A stretch of 64,000 bases of DNA from Adineta vaga (lineage: Eukaryota > Animalia > Rotifera): NCBI GenBank assembly GCA_021613535.1, contig CP075496.1, positions 8,184,001 through 8,248,000 of the forward strand. Direction: 5' to 3'. Under the pieces are notes generated by a model. The model searched no databases. It was not told the origin of the DNA and was given only the letters and a program-made list of their open reading frames with translations. Below, in pieces: positions 40,501 through 54,218 of the stretch (position 1 is its first letter; each line of letters starts with the position of its first letter). The position numbers and the translations under genes are program-made.

Positions 40501-43500
40501 GTTGGACATATCAATGTACAGAACATCTTCGACATTAATTCACCTCAAACAACAACCACAACATTATCAGACATCCTCAACTCTCAATCATCATCACCAG
40601 TAAGTTCATCAACAACTCAATACTGACCTTCTTTTATTATTAGGGTTATTCATATCCATCGTTTCACTATCCATACCATACTATTGTCATCAATCTTCGA
40701 GTCAACATCTATGTTCAAGCACTCACTCTTGGATCACAATCGAACGTTCAACGATTTGGTCTTCGACTGTACAATCCTGATCGGAATGTTGATGACACAT
40801 ACTATTCATCGACCGTGCCAGAATATGGAAATCAGCCAGCTATTGTTCGTATTCCACTGGCAAAGGTAGCTATTCGTTTGTACTTGAATTTATACACGAC
40901 GAATGATGGACGACCACCAAGTGACATGAAGATTGTGATTGTGAGTAGATGTTATTGGATGAGATATATGTTATTATGTTGATTGAATAGAATGCATGTT
41001 TTGATACCACATCCTCGTTAGATAGTGGTGGTAGTGAGAGAATAGGTGGTCAATATTATCGAAGTCCAGATGTCGTCCAAATACCATCTCCAGTTAGTAG
41101 TTTAGCTAGATTCCATATTTTAATGATATTATAAGAACATTTTGAACAGATTTTCAACTATAATTCTGATACAATATCGCAACCATATGTTCCATCAAAT
41201 GATATTCTTGGTACTGTGGATGTAGATGTCTCGGTAAGATTAATATATGAATATATTCTATCAGTTATACAGTTGTATACTTCAAAAGATCGATAATCTA
41301 CCATCCTTATCAGTACCTGCACAAAATAATCCAATTGAAACGCTTTATTCGAGAGTTCGAATACCATATGTAAGTGAAGTGCGTATCATACGGAACAAAA
41401 CATTTGTTGCGTTTTATAGGATACGAATACTGGTCGTGTAGCACTTGATTATGGAGCTCCTTCATCAATGAATTTAAACTCAAATTCGCCTGACTATATA
41501 ATGGTTTGTTAGTTGTTTTTATACTATTTAATGTAATGAAATTGTTGTTCAGAATGATAATTATGATCAGTCACCATCAGTCGTTGGAACAATTAATGTG
41601 GATGTAAGATATATTCAAATTGATAGTTAACTTTATGTTCTTAACTAAACTATATTTATTTCTATTCATAGATTGACATAGAAACTCCAAGTTCGCCCGT
41701 CTCCGGCAGCTACTATTCAGTCTGTATATAAAGTCTAGTATTCTCAATAAGCTTTCGCGTACATTGTAGACGATTATTGAACAACCTAGAACACCTACAA
41801 TTCTCAATTATGCCAGTCCAATATTAGTGGTAAGGTTTTCTATTACAATGCTCCTGATACATTTCAGAACCGAATCCTTTTCTTTTTGAGCAAATTAGTG
41901 CTCAATATTTTACTTGTATTTATACTCTCTCTGTCTGACGGATCAAAAGCATGATACAAAGAAAAAGTAATGAACAACATGTTTCGTCTTTATGCTTTAG
42001 TCACCAATAGCTACTTATGATCCATTACCACCGATGCGAACAACACAAGTACCTGCAAACTATGCATGCTACAATAACCTACAAATTGTTGGACATATCA
42101 ATGTACAGAACATCTTCGACATTAATTCACCTCAAACAACAACCACAACATTATCGGACATCCTCAACTCTCAATCATCATCACCAGTAAGTTCATCAAC
42201 AACTCAATACTGACCTTCTTTTACTATTAGGGCTATTCATATCCATCGTTTCACTATCCATACCATACTATTGTCATCAATCTTCGAGTAAACATCTATG
42301 TTCAAGCACTCACTCTTGGATCACAATCGAACGTTCAACGATTTGGTCTTCGACTGTACAATCCTGATCGAAATGTTGATGACACATACTATTCATCGAT
42401 GGTACCAGAATATGGAAATCAGCCAGCTATTGTTCGTATTCCACTGGCAAAGGTAGCTATTCGTTTGTACTTGAATTTATACACGACGAATGATGGACGA
42501 CCACCAAGTGACATGAAGATTGTGATTGTGAGTAGATGTTATTGGACGAGATATATGTTATTATGTTGATTGAATAGAATGCATGTTTTGATACAACATC
42601 CTCGTTAGATAGTGCTGGTGGCGAGAGAATAGGTGGTCAATACTATCGAAGTCCAGATGTTGTACAGGTACCATTTATTTCACCAATACAGCAGCAACAG
42701 CAACGAGAAGCCTCAGTAATTTTTAACTGCTAAGATTCATTGATTTTTTCAAAACGAAGTATTATTTTGATTAGATTGTTAGTTACAATTCTGATGTTAT
42801 GACGTTACCCAACACTGCATCAAACAATATTGTTGGTACTGTCGATGTATCAGTAGGTTTTATGTTTAGCTCTTTTATTACGTTTTCATTTCCATACTTG
42901 AAGATCGATACTGTATCATCTATATCCGCAGCATTGCAGAATAGTCAAATTGAAACGATTTATTCTGGTATTCGAACACCATATGTGAGCAATAGGTTTT
43001 GCTATTGACCATTGTATTCGAAATGTAATTGTTTTTCATACTTTAAAGGAGTCAAATAGTAATTTGGTTACACAATTTGCACCAAATTTTGTACCAATAG
43101 CTTCAACGAACATCAACAATGACAGAAGGATACTAGGACAGAATCTTGTTGGAACAGTGGACGTGGATGTAAGTTAGATGGATATGAGAATTGGTTCCTT
43201 TGAAGATTACTATGAACTGATGAATCCTTGAATGTTTAAGGTTGAAATCAATGGTCAGCCTGTACCAATAGTTGATAATGGTCAACCGGTATGTTTATTC
43301 AACTTGTTCTACAAATCTTCCATACTTATTTTTATAGATATTTTCTGCCGCAAGTCGTACTCCTTCTGTATCATATTATTATAGTCCAATATTACAAGTA
43401 GGCATCGAGTTTAAAGATATTTCTATTGACAGAAAGACGAAATTGTCCCAGAAATTGTATACGATGTTTTCAATAATTTAGTTTTCCGGATTTTCAGAAC

Positions 43501-46500
43501 TTCTGATAGTTTGTTTCCCTTATGAAGTTGAAGAAAACTCTGACTTCATTTTTGATTTTTCTCGTCATCACTATTCAAAAGCTATCATATCCATTCCAGA
43601 TAACTCATATTTCTATTTAGTCACCAGTATCTACTTATGATCCTTTACCACCGATGCGAACAGCACAAGTACCTGCAAACTATGCATGCTACAACAATCT
43701 ACAAATTGTGGGACATAGCAATGTACAGAACATCTTTGACATTAATTCACCTCAAACAACAACCACAACATTATCAGACATCCTCAACTCTCAATCATCA
43801 TCACCAGTAAGTTCATCAACAACTCAATACTGACCTTCTTTTATTATTAGGGCTATTCATATCCATCGTTTCACTATCCATACCATACTATTGTCATCAA
43901 TCTTCGAGTCAACATCTATGTTCAAGCAATCACTCTTGGATCACAATCGAACGTTCAACGATTTGGTCTTCGACTGTACAATCCTGATCGAAATGTTGAT
44001 GACACATACTATTCATCGATGGTACCAGAATATGGAAATCAGCCAGCTATTGTTCGTATTCCACTGGCAAAGGTAGCTATTCGTTTGTACTTGAATTTAT
44101 ACACGACGAATGATGGACGACCACCAAGTGACATGAAGATTGTGATTGTGAGTAGATGTTATTGGATGAGATATATGTTATTATGTTGATTGAATAGAAT
44201 GCATGTTTTGATACCACATCCTCGTTAGATAGTGGTGGTAGTGAGAGAATAGGTGGTCAATACTATCGAAGTCCAGATGTTGTACAGGTACCATTTGTTT
44301 CACCAATACAACTACAACCATCATATGTAAGTGGTACTAAGCTTGTGATCAACACTTTTTCGCTTAATAGGGCGTCAACTATATCTGTATTGCTTGTGTT
44401 TCATCATATTCTCTATTTTAGATGACTGATCTTGGCGAACTAGTTGATAATCAAGCGCCAACATCAGCGTTGAGTGGAACAATCGATGTCATTGTAAGTT
44501 ACATCTTATTAAAGAATGAAATAACATTTTATGCTGGGATTGATTTTAGGTGGTGAGCTATCTGAAGAACTGTTTGAATAGATACAACATTTCTCGTACA
44601 ATAACATTTGTAACTATTCTGATTTTAGGATAATACCATTGGTCAACCATCAGGATCTTTCGGAGGAGTAAGTTATACAAGAAACGAATTTTGAATTATT
44701 ACGAAAATTATAAAATCAATAAAGGATAATTTTGTAGACTTTATTTTTATGATTTTCATATCTATTTAATCTAGTACATAATTCTGTAATATTCTAGTTA
44801 CTATCACCAAATAAACCAATATCATTTTCTCGTAAACCGGGTCAATGTTTTGAACAAATTCTTGTTGTTGGTGGTCCACATATAACCATGATTCGATCAC
44901 GTAATCCTGCTCATCAAATGGTTGGATCAGAAATTAACTATGGTGGTACAGGATATACATTTACATCTCCAAGTGATTCTTATGAATTCGAAATTCATTT
45001 CGTTCAACCATTTACAATGAAATATGTATTTATTCCGTATTCTGCAAATGTAGAAAGTTTTAAAGTCGAAGCATCGCATGCTGGAATGTTAGCTGTATTC
45101 ACTTCGAAAACTACGAATGATGGTGTAGTTGTAGATGGATTTCCTCCTATGTTAATTTCCATGTTAGTAGTTATCATTACTCATACTACGGATGGTTACT
45201 TACCAAGCCACATAACACTTAGTATTGTATGTAAAATTAGGTTAACTGTCTTGTGATACGACTCTTCATGATTGTTTTAGGGTGTTTGTAATCCCATATA
45301 TTCACCATCGAATGTAAGTATAGACGAACAAAGTGATAATGAATTACCCTTTTAGTTGAGAATGAAATTTTACGTGATACGGGTGTAAAAGATAGCTTGC
45401 AGACAGTTACTTTAATTTAACAAATTTTCACAATTTTCTATATGGTTTAATAAACATCGAAGCATCTGTATGTAAATACCGATCAATAGTACTAGTCAAA
45501 GATCTATGAATTTAGTTGGAAAAGATTCCGATATCTCTGCTCTATCTCGTTTTGATGATTGTTTTTTAGGAAGGTAACGAAATTCCTGAAATTACAGATT
45601 GTACTTCACAATTGCGTTTATTTGATAATCCTGAACAAGTTACTCGAGTAGACATCAAAACTCCTGTCGGACATTTGAAAGCTAATAATCTAATAAATCC
45701 TAATCAAAATGGAATGGAATTTTTTACAATAGGCACACATACCATCGATATTGTATTGGCATTAACTCTTGCAATTAATTCCGTAGAATTTCATCCGTTA
45801 AGTAACATTGATAGTTTTATATTACAACTTCATCAATCACATCAATATTATCTGGAAATAATGTCTAATATTGGTTCAAAAAGTATCAATCAACTCGATA
45901 ATGTTCAAGCGAATTTAATACGTATTATTATACTTGGAACATACGATGGTAATCCACCTAATCAAGTATCAATTAAAATAGTAAAAAGATATATTGAATC
46001 AATTAAATATTAGAAATAGTATAATTCCCTTTTGTGAATATTTTAGGCTGCTTGTATACCCATACGCTTACCAAGAATTATGGCAAGTCCATTTAAATAC
46101 GTGAGACAAATATGATTTATATAAGAATACGTAATCGTAATATTCTTTTCCTTTTCAAGGAAATGATAACGAAACGAAGAAAATCACCAAGAATAGATGT
46201 AAGAACGTATCCTTCTGCTATAGGCTCAGCCCATGAGTCAACATATCTTTCGTATTCTAGAATAATCGTGGTGTGATCTTGACATACCAGGTAAAAATAT
46301 TTGAATATATGAATTTGTTCCATGTATTGTTTTCCTTAGGATCAACCGGAACAATCACAAACGTCTATGGAGCTAACAGCAAATATTAATGTATATAACA
46401 AAAATATTGAACAAATACATTAGATTCGAACTCAATGTATTTCTTTTTCTTTAGTTACAAGCAATTCAACAGTCTTCTATAGATACATTTGCGTCACCAG

Positions 46501-49500
46501 TTCTGGTAAGAATTATTGTGAATCTTTCTCTTGTTAAAGAGAAACTCATACCTTTCACAGCAACCCTTATGGTCTACTGACTATATACCATCCATTCGTA
46601 TTCAAGCACCAACAAATGTTCTGGTAACTAGTATACCATAAGTCTTTGTATTGCTTTTTACAACATCTGAAAAACTTCCTCATTTAGCTAGAGCCAATTC
46701 AAAATCCTGTAGTGCGCAGTCAATCATCGCCCATTGTCGTGAGTCTTAGCCTCAGAACATTTGTAATCCTACTACAGTATTCTTTCTCACTGGTCACAGA
46801 TGCTAGCACCGACATATACACCAGCATTTGTCAATCAACCATCACAATCACAACAACTACTTCAACAAACATTGTTCAGTCCGATTCTGTCTCAATCGCA
46901 GGGAAATGTACGGCAACATAGGTTTTACTCTATATATTCTATAAACATATATAACTTCGGCTAAAAACAATTTTTTACTGATTAACTCATGGCCAAATCG
47001 AAATTATACTTTAGGTACCAATACAACGAATTGTTCAAACTTTACAGCCAACTTATCTCACAAGATCACCTTCTGGATTCACTTGTTCACACAACTATCA
47101 AGTCACTACCAATCTACATATCAACAACATCTACACTCTATCACCTTCTTCATCTCCTACATCCTTCTCATCTATCTACGATTCAACTTCATCCAATTCG
47201 CTCTCTACTAACAACGTTAGTTCTCCTTTTCGTATATCATCGTCATCTATGTTTTTGTCTATTCTAGGGCTATTCATTCGATTCACATCATTATCCATTT
47301 CATACTATTGTTGTTACTCTCAAGTTTACAGCCTATGTTCAATCACTCTCACTCGGATCACAATCAAATGTTCAACGGTATGGTCTTCGATTGTATAATC
47401 CTCGTTCTGATGTCGATGACACATACTATTCATCCGTTGATCCCACTACTGGTCAACCAATCATCTCCAATATTCATATGGCAAAAGTGGCTATTCGTTT
47501 GTATATCAACTTGTACACAACATCAGATGGTCAGCCACCAAATAACATTCAGCTCAATCTTGTATGTACACTTTTCTACATGATGATGATGATTTGAAAT
47601 TGTTTGTATTATGCTGATGTATAGAATATTTGTTTTGATCTTCGATCAAGTGAAAGTAGTGATGATGTTGGTAGATCGATGATGATTGGTACACCGATAG
47701 TGGCAAGTCCAGTGGTGGTGGTAGTACCAGATCGTAGATTAGTCGTGGAACAACCACAACTATCGATAGTTCCAACTGTACTGATAATACCAAGTCAAAT
47801 CATTGTAAGTTACATAAATCAATGTATAGGATCTGTCGTAGTCATAGTTATGAATTGGTAATTGAGACGTCTAAAAGACTTATTTTGAAGAAATATTTTT
47901 CGCAAATAATATAAATCTCGTGTTTACTTTGAATAGTTCACGTTTGTTTGTTGTTGTTTAGGAGCAATCTATGCCAGACAGTATTTTTACCGTGAGTGCA
48001 ACCAAATATTGATGTTTTTCTAGGATTGGTGTCGACTGATTTTTCATCTGTATTTATAGAGGACCATTCCAATCGTTCAACCAAGTTTTATGCAGCCTGT
48101 TCGAACCCCTGATACATATGTTGTCGTCGATACGATTCCAAGTTCAGTAAGTAAAATAAATTTTTCTTCTCAAACTCAAACAAATTCATATTCAAAATGT
48201 GTTTTTTTCGTTTGGAATAGATTTTACCAATGCCACAAACAATTGTACAACCAAATCCATTACTGATTATAAGCGTATGTAAAATTATTAACATCACATT
48301 GAATACGTTTATACTATAGGAACCGATTCAACAACTACCAATGCGATCAACGGCGATATTGTCAGAAAGACTTGTTCCAATACAAAAATCTGTAAGATCG
48401 ATCACATTGATTGACGAAGTTTTTGCTTCACACTTCATTTATTACGTAAACCACTCAGATAGGACCTGAAAAAGCCGTTTTTGAGATCATGTATCGTAAG
48501 GCAACTAGAGTTGTTTTTGTCCATAGTTAATCACCTAATAGTATCTTCAGTGTATTATCTGTTCAATTGAATAATACTGCAGTTCTGCATACAATTTCTC
48601 CGCATGGTGTTGCGTCTACTACAACTGTTTTATATATTCTATAGATTCAATCCAACACACAATTTATTGAACTTACGTATCCGTCTCAAATCATAGTAAG
48701 CACAGTTGATTAAGAGATGCAACAATTCAAAAAAAGAATTCTTGACTTTTAGCCAAGTCCCATATACGAAGAACCGATTATTATCGAACAACGATTGCTG
48801 CCAAAGGTATCTTCCTCAATAACTCTTATCATTTACTAATTACTTTTTCGAAAGTTTTCGTTGGTTTTATTTCCCTTGTTCATAGCATAGGGCTTCACTA
48901 TGAATATTCATCTCTGACGTCAAGACATAATCTCATCTAAATGTTACCTATAAATCTCTAGGTGCCGATACAACGAATTGTTCAAACTTTACAGCCAACT
49001 TATCTCACAAGATCACCTTCTGGATTCACTTGTTCGCACAACTATCAAGTCACTACCAATCTACATATCAACAACATCTACACTCTATCACCTTCTTCAT
49101 CTCCTACATCCTTCTCATCTATCTACGATTCAACTTCATCCAATTCGCTCTTTACTAACAACGTTAGTTCTCCTTTTCGTATATCATCGTCATCTATGTT
49201 TTTGCCTATTCTAGGGCTATTCATTCGATTCACATCATTATCCATTTCATACTATTGTTGTTACTCTCAAGTTTACAGCCTATGTTCAATCACTCTCACT
49301 TGGATCACAATCAAATGTTCAACGGTATGGTCTTCGATTGTATAATCCTCGTTCTGATGTCGATGACACATACTATTCATCCGTTGATCCCACTACTGGT
49401 CAACCAATCATCTCCAATATTCATATGGCAAAAGTGGCTATTCGTTTGTATATCAACTTGTACACAACATCAGATGGTCAGCCACCAAATAACATTCAGC

Positions 49501-52500
49501 TCAATCTTGTATGTACACTTTTCTACATGATGATGATGATTTGAAATTGTTTGTATTATGCTGATGTATAGAATATTTGTTTTGATCTTCGATCAAGTGA
49601 AAGTAGTGATGATGTTGGTAGATCGATGATGATTGGTACACCGATAGTGGCAAGTCCAGTGGTGGTGGTAGTACCAGATCGTAGATTAGTCGTGGAACAA
49701 CCACAACTATCGATAGTTCCAACTGTACTGATGATACCAAGTCAAATCATCGTAAGTGATTTGTTCTCTTCATATCTAGTTAATAATTAACGACCTGCTA
49801 ACGGATGAACACGGAGCTACATTTTTTTAATATATGTCATATTTTCTAGGAACCACCTGTAGTATATCGTATGATTGATCCTGTTCCATCTGAATTTGTT
49901 GCAGTACGTAAAATGATTTTGTCCGAGTATATGTGTTGATTGTTCTGTATATAGCAACCAATTATTCAAGAACCACTAAGAGTATCGTCGAGACCATCGG
50001 TAATCACATCAATTGAAGTTGAAGCTGAAATATCACCAGTACGCATCTTCTAGAGATTCATAGCTATAGTTTTTTCAAGGAAAATACCTTTTTTAAACTC
50101 GAAAAGGGCCACAGTATTTGAAATGAAAAATGTCTATCAGAGTTCAATGTGAGAGAAGAAAAGATCACTCAATGAGTTATAGATTGTTTGGAATGAAACT
50201 AGCTTAATATATGATTCTCTACGTAGATTGAATCTGTGCCAGAAGTTGTTATTCATAGTATTCCATCATCAATTATTCAACAACCAGTACGTTGGGTGTG
50301 GCAAGGGTTAATTCTAGAGAATTTATTGTTTTTGATAGATAGTAATGGAAATACGAACACCTGTATTTGCGCAATCTGTACCAGTCGAACGTGTGCGACC
50401 TATGGTATCGTCAACTGTAGTAAGAACTATTTTTAGTGAAGTAAGTAATGTTTCATCAATTGAAACCTCCTTAAAAACAAAGTAAATAGTTCAATAATAT
50501 GGCAATTCATTTGCTCGCATTATGGTGATACTTAATCACTAGTTTTCTAATATTTAGATACGAGAAGCTCCAAAAGACACGATTTTTACTATTTCATCAC
50601 CAATTATAAATGTAATTATTCTAGTTTATACAATAGGCAGTATATATATATGTATTTGTCTATCTTCTAGCAGAGAGTAGAAGAACAACCTCGCTGGGTC
50701 ATCAGACAGCAATCGACCCCGATTATTCAGCAAGAACGAATAGTAACACTACAGAGAGATCCATTGTATGTTTCTCGTTTAGTTCAATCTGATCCTTCAC
50801 CTAATGTAAGTAAAATAACGATGCGCAGATGTATAATATATTTTGAGAATTACTTGCCATCAATAAATAAATTTAAAATGTTCTACAGAGCAAACAACAA
50901 TTAGAAAGTTTTATTAAACAATCATCATACGTGTAAATTTCATTCATTATTTGTTTTCTAGGTGGAAATAACAGTAGAGATTAACGAACAGACATATCCA
51001 TCACTCGCCATTGTAAGTAATTAGTTCATAATTTCATTAGTCTGAACCAGTTCTCTATTTTCTTTAGCCGAGTCCTAACTATATCCAACCAGCTAAACAA
51101 ACAATCGTATATGAGCAACGCTTACCCACTGAAATCTTGCCACTGGTACCCATCGAAGTAAGGAAATTTCTTTCTAATAGTATGTTCATAATAACGGTTC
51201 GACTATATCGAATAATCAATCGTTCATCCATCCATTCAGCTTTTAGATCATGATCTGTTTGTCAGTTATCAAGAACGAGTAGATCATCTCATAAAATTGA
51301 CGTTATTGTTAATTATTCTGATGCTATGAATTCTCAGAAAGCATTTTCCATTCGATTGTTTACTCGACAATCTTACATCTATCTCTGACATCGTCTGAAT
51401 TAATCGGTTTCATTGTCCTTGCACATTTCAATATTTCAACAGTCATTCTCTAAGAAGCTATACAAAAATATCTTTTCAGACACCTGTACGTCAAATACTT
51501 CAAGTACCGCAAAGAGTACAATCCATCGCATCACAGCCAACTTATCTCACAAGATCACCTTCTGGATTCACTTGTTCGCACAACTATCAAGTCACTACCA
51601 ATCTACATATCAACAACATCTACACTCTATCACCTTCTTCATCTCCTACATCCTTCTCATCTATCTACGATTCAACTTCATCCAATTCGCTCTTTACTAA
51701 CAACGTTAGTTCTCCTTTTCGTATATCATCGTCATCTATGTTTTTGTCTATTCTAGGGCTATTCATTCGATTCACATCATTATCCATTTCATACTATTGT
51801 TGTTACTCTCAAGTTTACAGCCTATGTCCAATCGCTCTCACTCGGATCACAATCAAATGTTCAACGGTATGGTCTTCGATTGTATAATCCTCGTTCTGAT
51901 GTCGATGACACATACTATTCATCCGTTGATCCCACTACTGGTCAACCAATCATCTCCAATATTCATATGGCAAAAGTGGCTATTCGTTTGTATATCAACT
52001 TGTACACAACATCAGATGGTCAGCCACCAAATAACATTCAGCTCAATCTTGTATGTACACTTTTCTACATGATGATGATGATTTGAAATTGTTTGTATTA
52101 TGCTGATGTATAGAATATTTGTTTTGATCTTCGATCAAGTGAAAGTAGTGATGATGTTGGTAGATCGATGATGATTGGTACACCGATAGTGGCAAGTCCA
52201 GTGGTGGTGGTAGTACCAGATCGTAGATTAGTCGTGGAACAACCACAACTATCGATAGTTCCAACTGTACTGATGATACCAAGTCAAATTATTGTAAGTG
52301 ATTTGTTCTTTCGTGATCTTGTGAATAATCAACGACCTGATAACTGATGAACACGGAGCAAAAAGTTTTTATTACATGTCACCTTTTCTAGGAACCACCT
52401 GCAGTATATCGTGTGATTGATCCTGTTCCATCTGAATTTGTTGCAGTACGTAAAATGATTTTGTCCGAGTATATGTGTTGATTGTTCTGTATATAGCAAC

Positions 52501-54218
52501 CAATTATTGAACAACCACTAAGAGTATTGTCGAGACCATCGATAATCACATCAATTGAAGTTGAAGCTGAGCTCACACCAGTAAGTTGTTTTTTGAAAGG
52601 TAACGAACGAGTGAATGTATGTATGAAGAATAAATTGATTGCATTTCAAAATACCAAAAGGAAAATATACAGTTCAGTAGTATGCTGATTTGAGGAATAT
52701 ATCACGGTGTAGAATATACAAAAGAAATAGTTGAATTATTGATTCTTTCTATGAATAAATTTGGTCAAGAGAATAATTTTATTGATTGCATATATAGATT
52801 GAATCTGTGCCAGAAGCTGTTGTTCATACTATTCCATCATCAATTATTCAACAACCAGTACGTTGGGTGTGGCAAGGGTTAATTCTAGAGAATTTATTGT
52901 TTTTGATAGATAGTAATGGAAATACGAACACCTGTATTAACGCAATCTATACCAGTTGAACGTTTGCTACCAGTGTTGATCAAAGAGCAACAATCTGTGG
53001 CACCGCTAGCTGTTATTAGAACCATCTACAGTGAAGTAAATAGAACCAAGATCTATATTTTTATAGCTTATTTTCTTATATAGAATTTACCTTTGCCACA
53101 AAATACAGTGTATACAATACCATCACCAATAATTGAAGCACCGGTAATTATTTAACTACCATATATCATGGAAGATTGCTAGGTCTGATTTATGTATACT
53201 TTAAAGAGCAACATTGAAATAACAGCAAGTATTTCACTTATGGAAAGACCTAATGAATATCAGCAACAGCGAATAATTGCTCCGTCACCTATTGAACGTA
53301 TTGTGATACCTTCAATTGTATCACCTGCTATAAGAACTGTGTATAGTCCGGTAAGTGCTTTCTCTCTATTGAATCAATTGTTATAGGCTACTGAATACTA
53401 TTTAATTGGAAAGTCGAAAATCGAAACTTATATCATTTGTAGGTTAGAACGATGCCATTAACGATCATGGACACGGTCCCGTCACCAATCATTAATGTAT
53501 GTAATTGAAATAATATTTTAGTAGTAGTTGATTTCCATAAAATAATACACAGGAATTAATTTAATTCAAATGAGGTGATCATAGTTCATATTGTGAGTCT
53601 CATTGAAGTTTATCCATATTTTTCGTTCTACTAATATAAAATTCAAGTTTGAAAAGAGATGGCTGATTAAACTTCGAATATTTCTAGGCACAAATTGAAG
53701 TTCAGCTTATAGAAAATACATATCCATCTCAAATTATTGTATGTAATTCGAAAAGTAGATAAGTAAAGACAATATAACCATTGTTTTGTATGTGTAGTCA
53801 AATCCTGTTTATACTCAACAGTCTATTATAGAAAGACGTTTACCGAATGAAATACTTCGTTATGTACCTGTTGAGGTAAGTTTTCTTATATGGATTTCAT
53901 ATTGTGTTTCTCATGAAAATACTCGAATCAACATATTCTTGTCTTTTTTTTTCATATTATAGAGTAAAATACCATTTATCCATATGGTATCTTCGCCAGT
54001 TATGGTGAGTTTTATTCGAATCAATTTTCGGTTCGATCTATTATTTGAATTTTGAATAGGTATCACCACCTGCAGTAGGAACTGATTATGTGATGCGTGT
54101 ACCCATTCAAACTCCACTCATACGTACTGAAACATGTAGTTGTCAATGTTCCAGAAGCGGATCAATATCGATAGTTTATGATAATGTTGAACAAAGTTGT
54201 TCAATTCCGATGATATAA
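37562..54218 (+). CDS. Giant secreted modular protein (~80 exons): 9 Cys-bounded beta-sandwich (discoidin/galactose-binding-like) domains joined by P/V/I/S-rich phase-0 micro-exons; C-terminal CSCQC
   Basis: Signal MISFYLLLIFICSLIKS. Domains end T-x-D-G-x-P-P-xx-(V/I/M)-x-(L/I)-x-(I/V/L)|xxC at ~38644-39172, A1-A3, ~44798-45313, ~45570-46100 and B1-B3. Chain of GT-AG introns. Last exon 54060-54218 ETCSCQCS...IVYDN. Confidence 0.8.
40414..41092 (+). repeat. Intragenic 3-exon cassette A, copy 1
   Basis: Near-identical, including both introns, to the copies at 42001 and 43621. Confidence 0.95.
42001..42715 (+). repeat. Intragenic 3-exon cassette A, copy 2
   Basis: Offset 1587 nt from copy 1. 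Confidence 0.95.
43621..44326 (+). repeat. Intragenic 3-exon cassette A, copy 3
   Basis: Offset 1620 nt from copy 2. Confidence 0.95.
47015..47804 (+). repeat. Intragenic 3-exon cassette B, copy 1
   Basis: Near-identical to the copies at 48962 and ~51534; shadow ORFs 47391/49338/51880 are identical. Confidence 0.95.
48962..50440 (+). repeat. Intragenic cassette B, copy 2, plus four downstream micro-exons shared with copy 3
   Basis: Offset 1947 nt from B1. Exons EPPVVYR.., QPIIQEP.., IESVPEV.. and IVMEIRTP.. recur at 52392-53035. Confidence 0.93.
51480..53035 (+). repeat. Intragenic cassette B, copy 3, plus downstream micro-exons
   Basis: Offset 2542 nt from B2. The 5' end of its first exon is unique (TPVRQILQVPQ), then near-identical from cagccaacttatc. 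Confidence 0.93.

Noticed and set aside
47308-52282. Triplicated ORF-track proteins (MLLLSSLQP..., MVSSVQLEL..., and MSSIFEST... at 40684/43891)
   Set aside because: They are off-frame or antisense shadows of the real cassette exons.
40414-53035. Dispersed ~0.7-0.8 kb repeats as transposons/MITEs or a CRISPR-like array
   Set aside because: There are no TIRs, TSDs or transposase. The repeats start at splice acceptors and translate in frame as protein domains, and they are far too long for CRISPR repeats.
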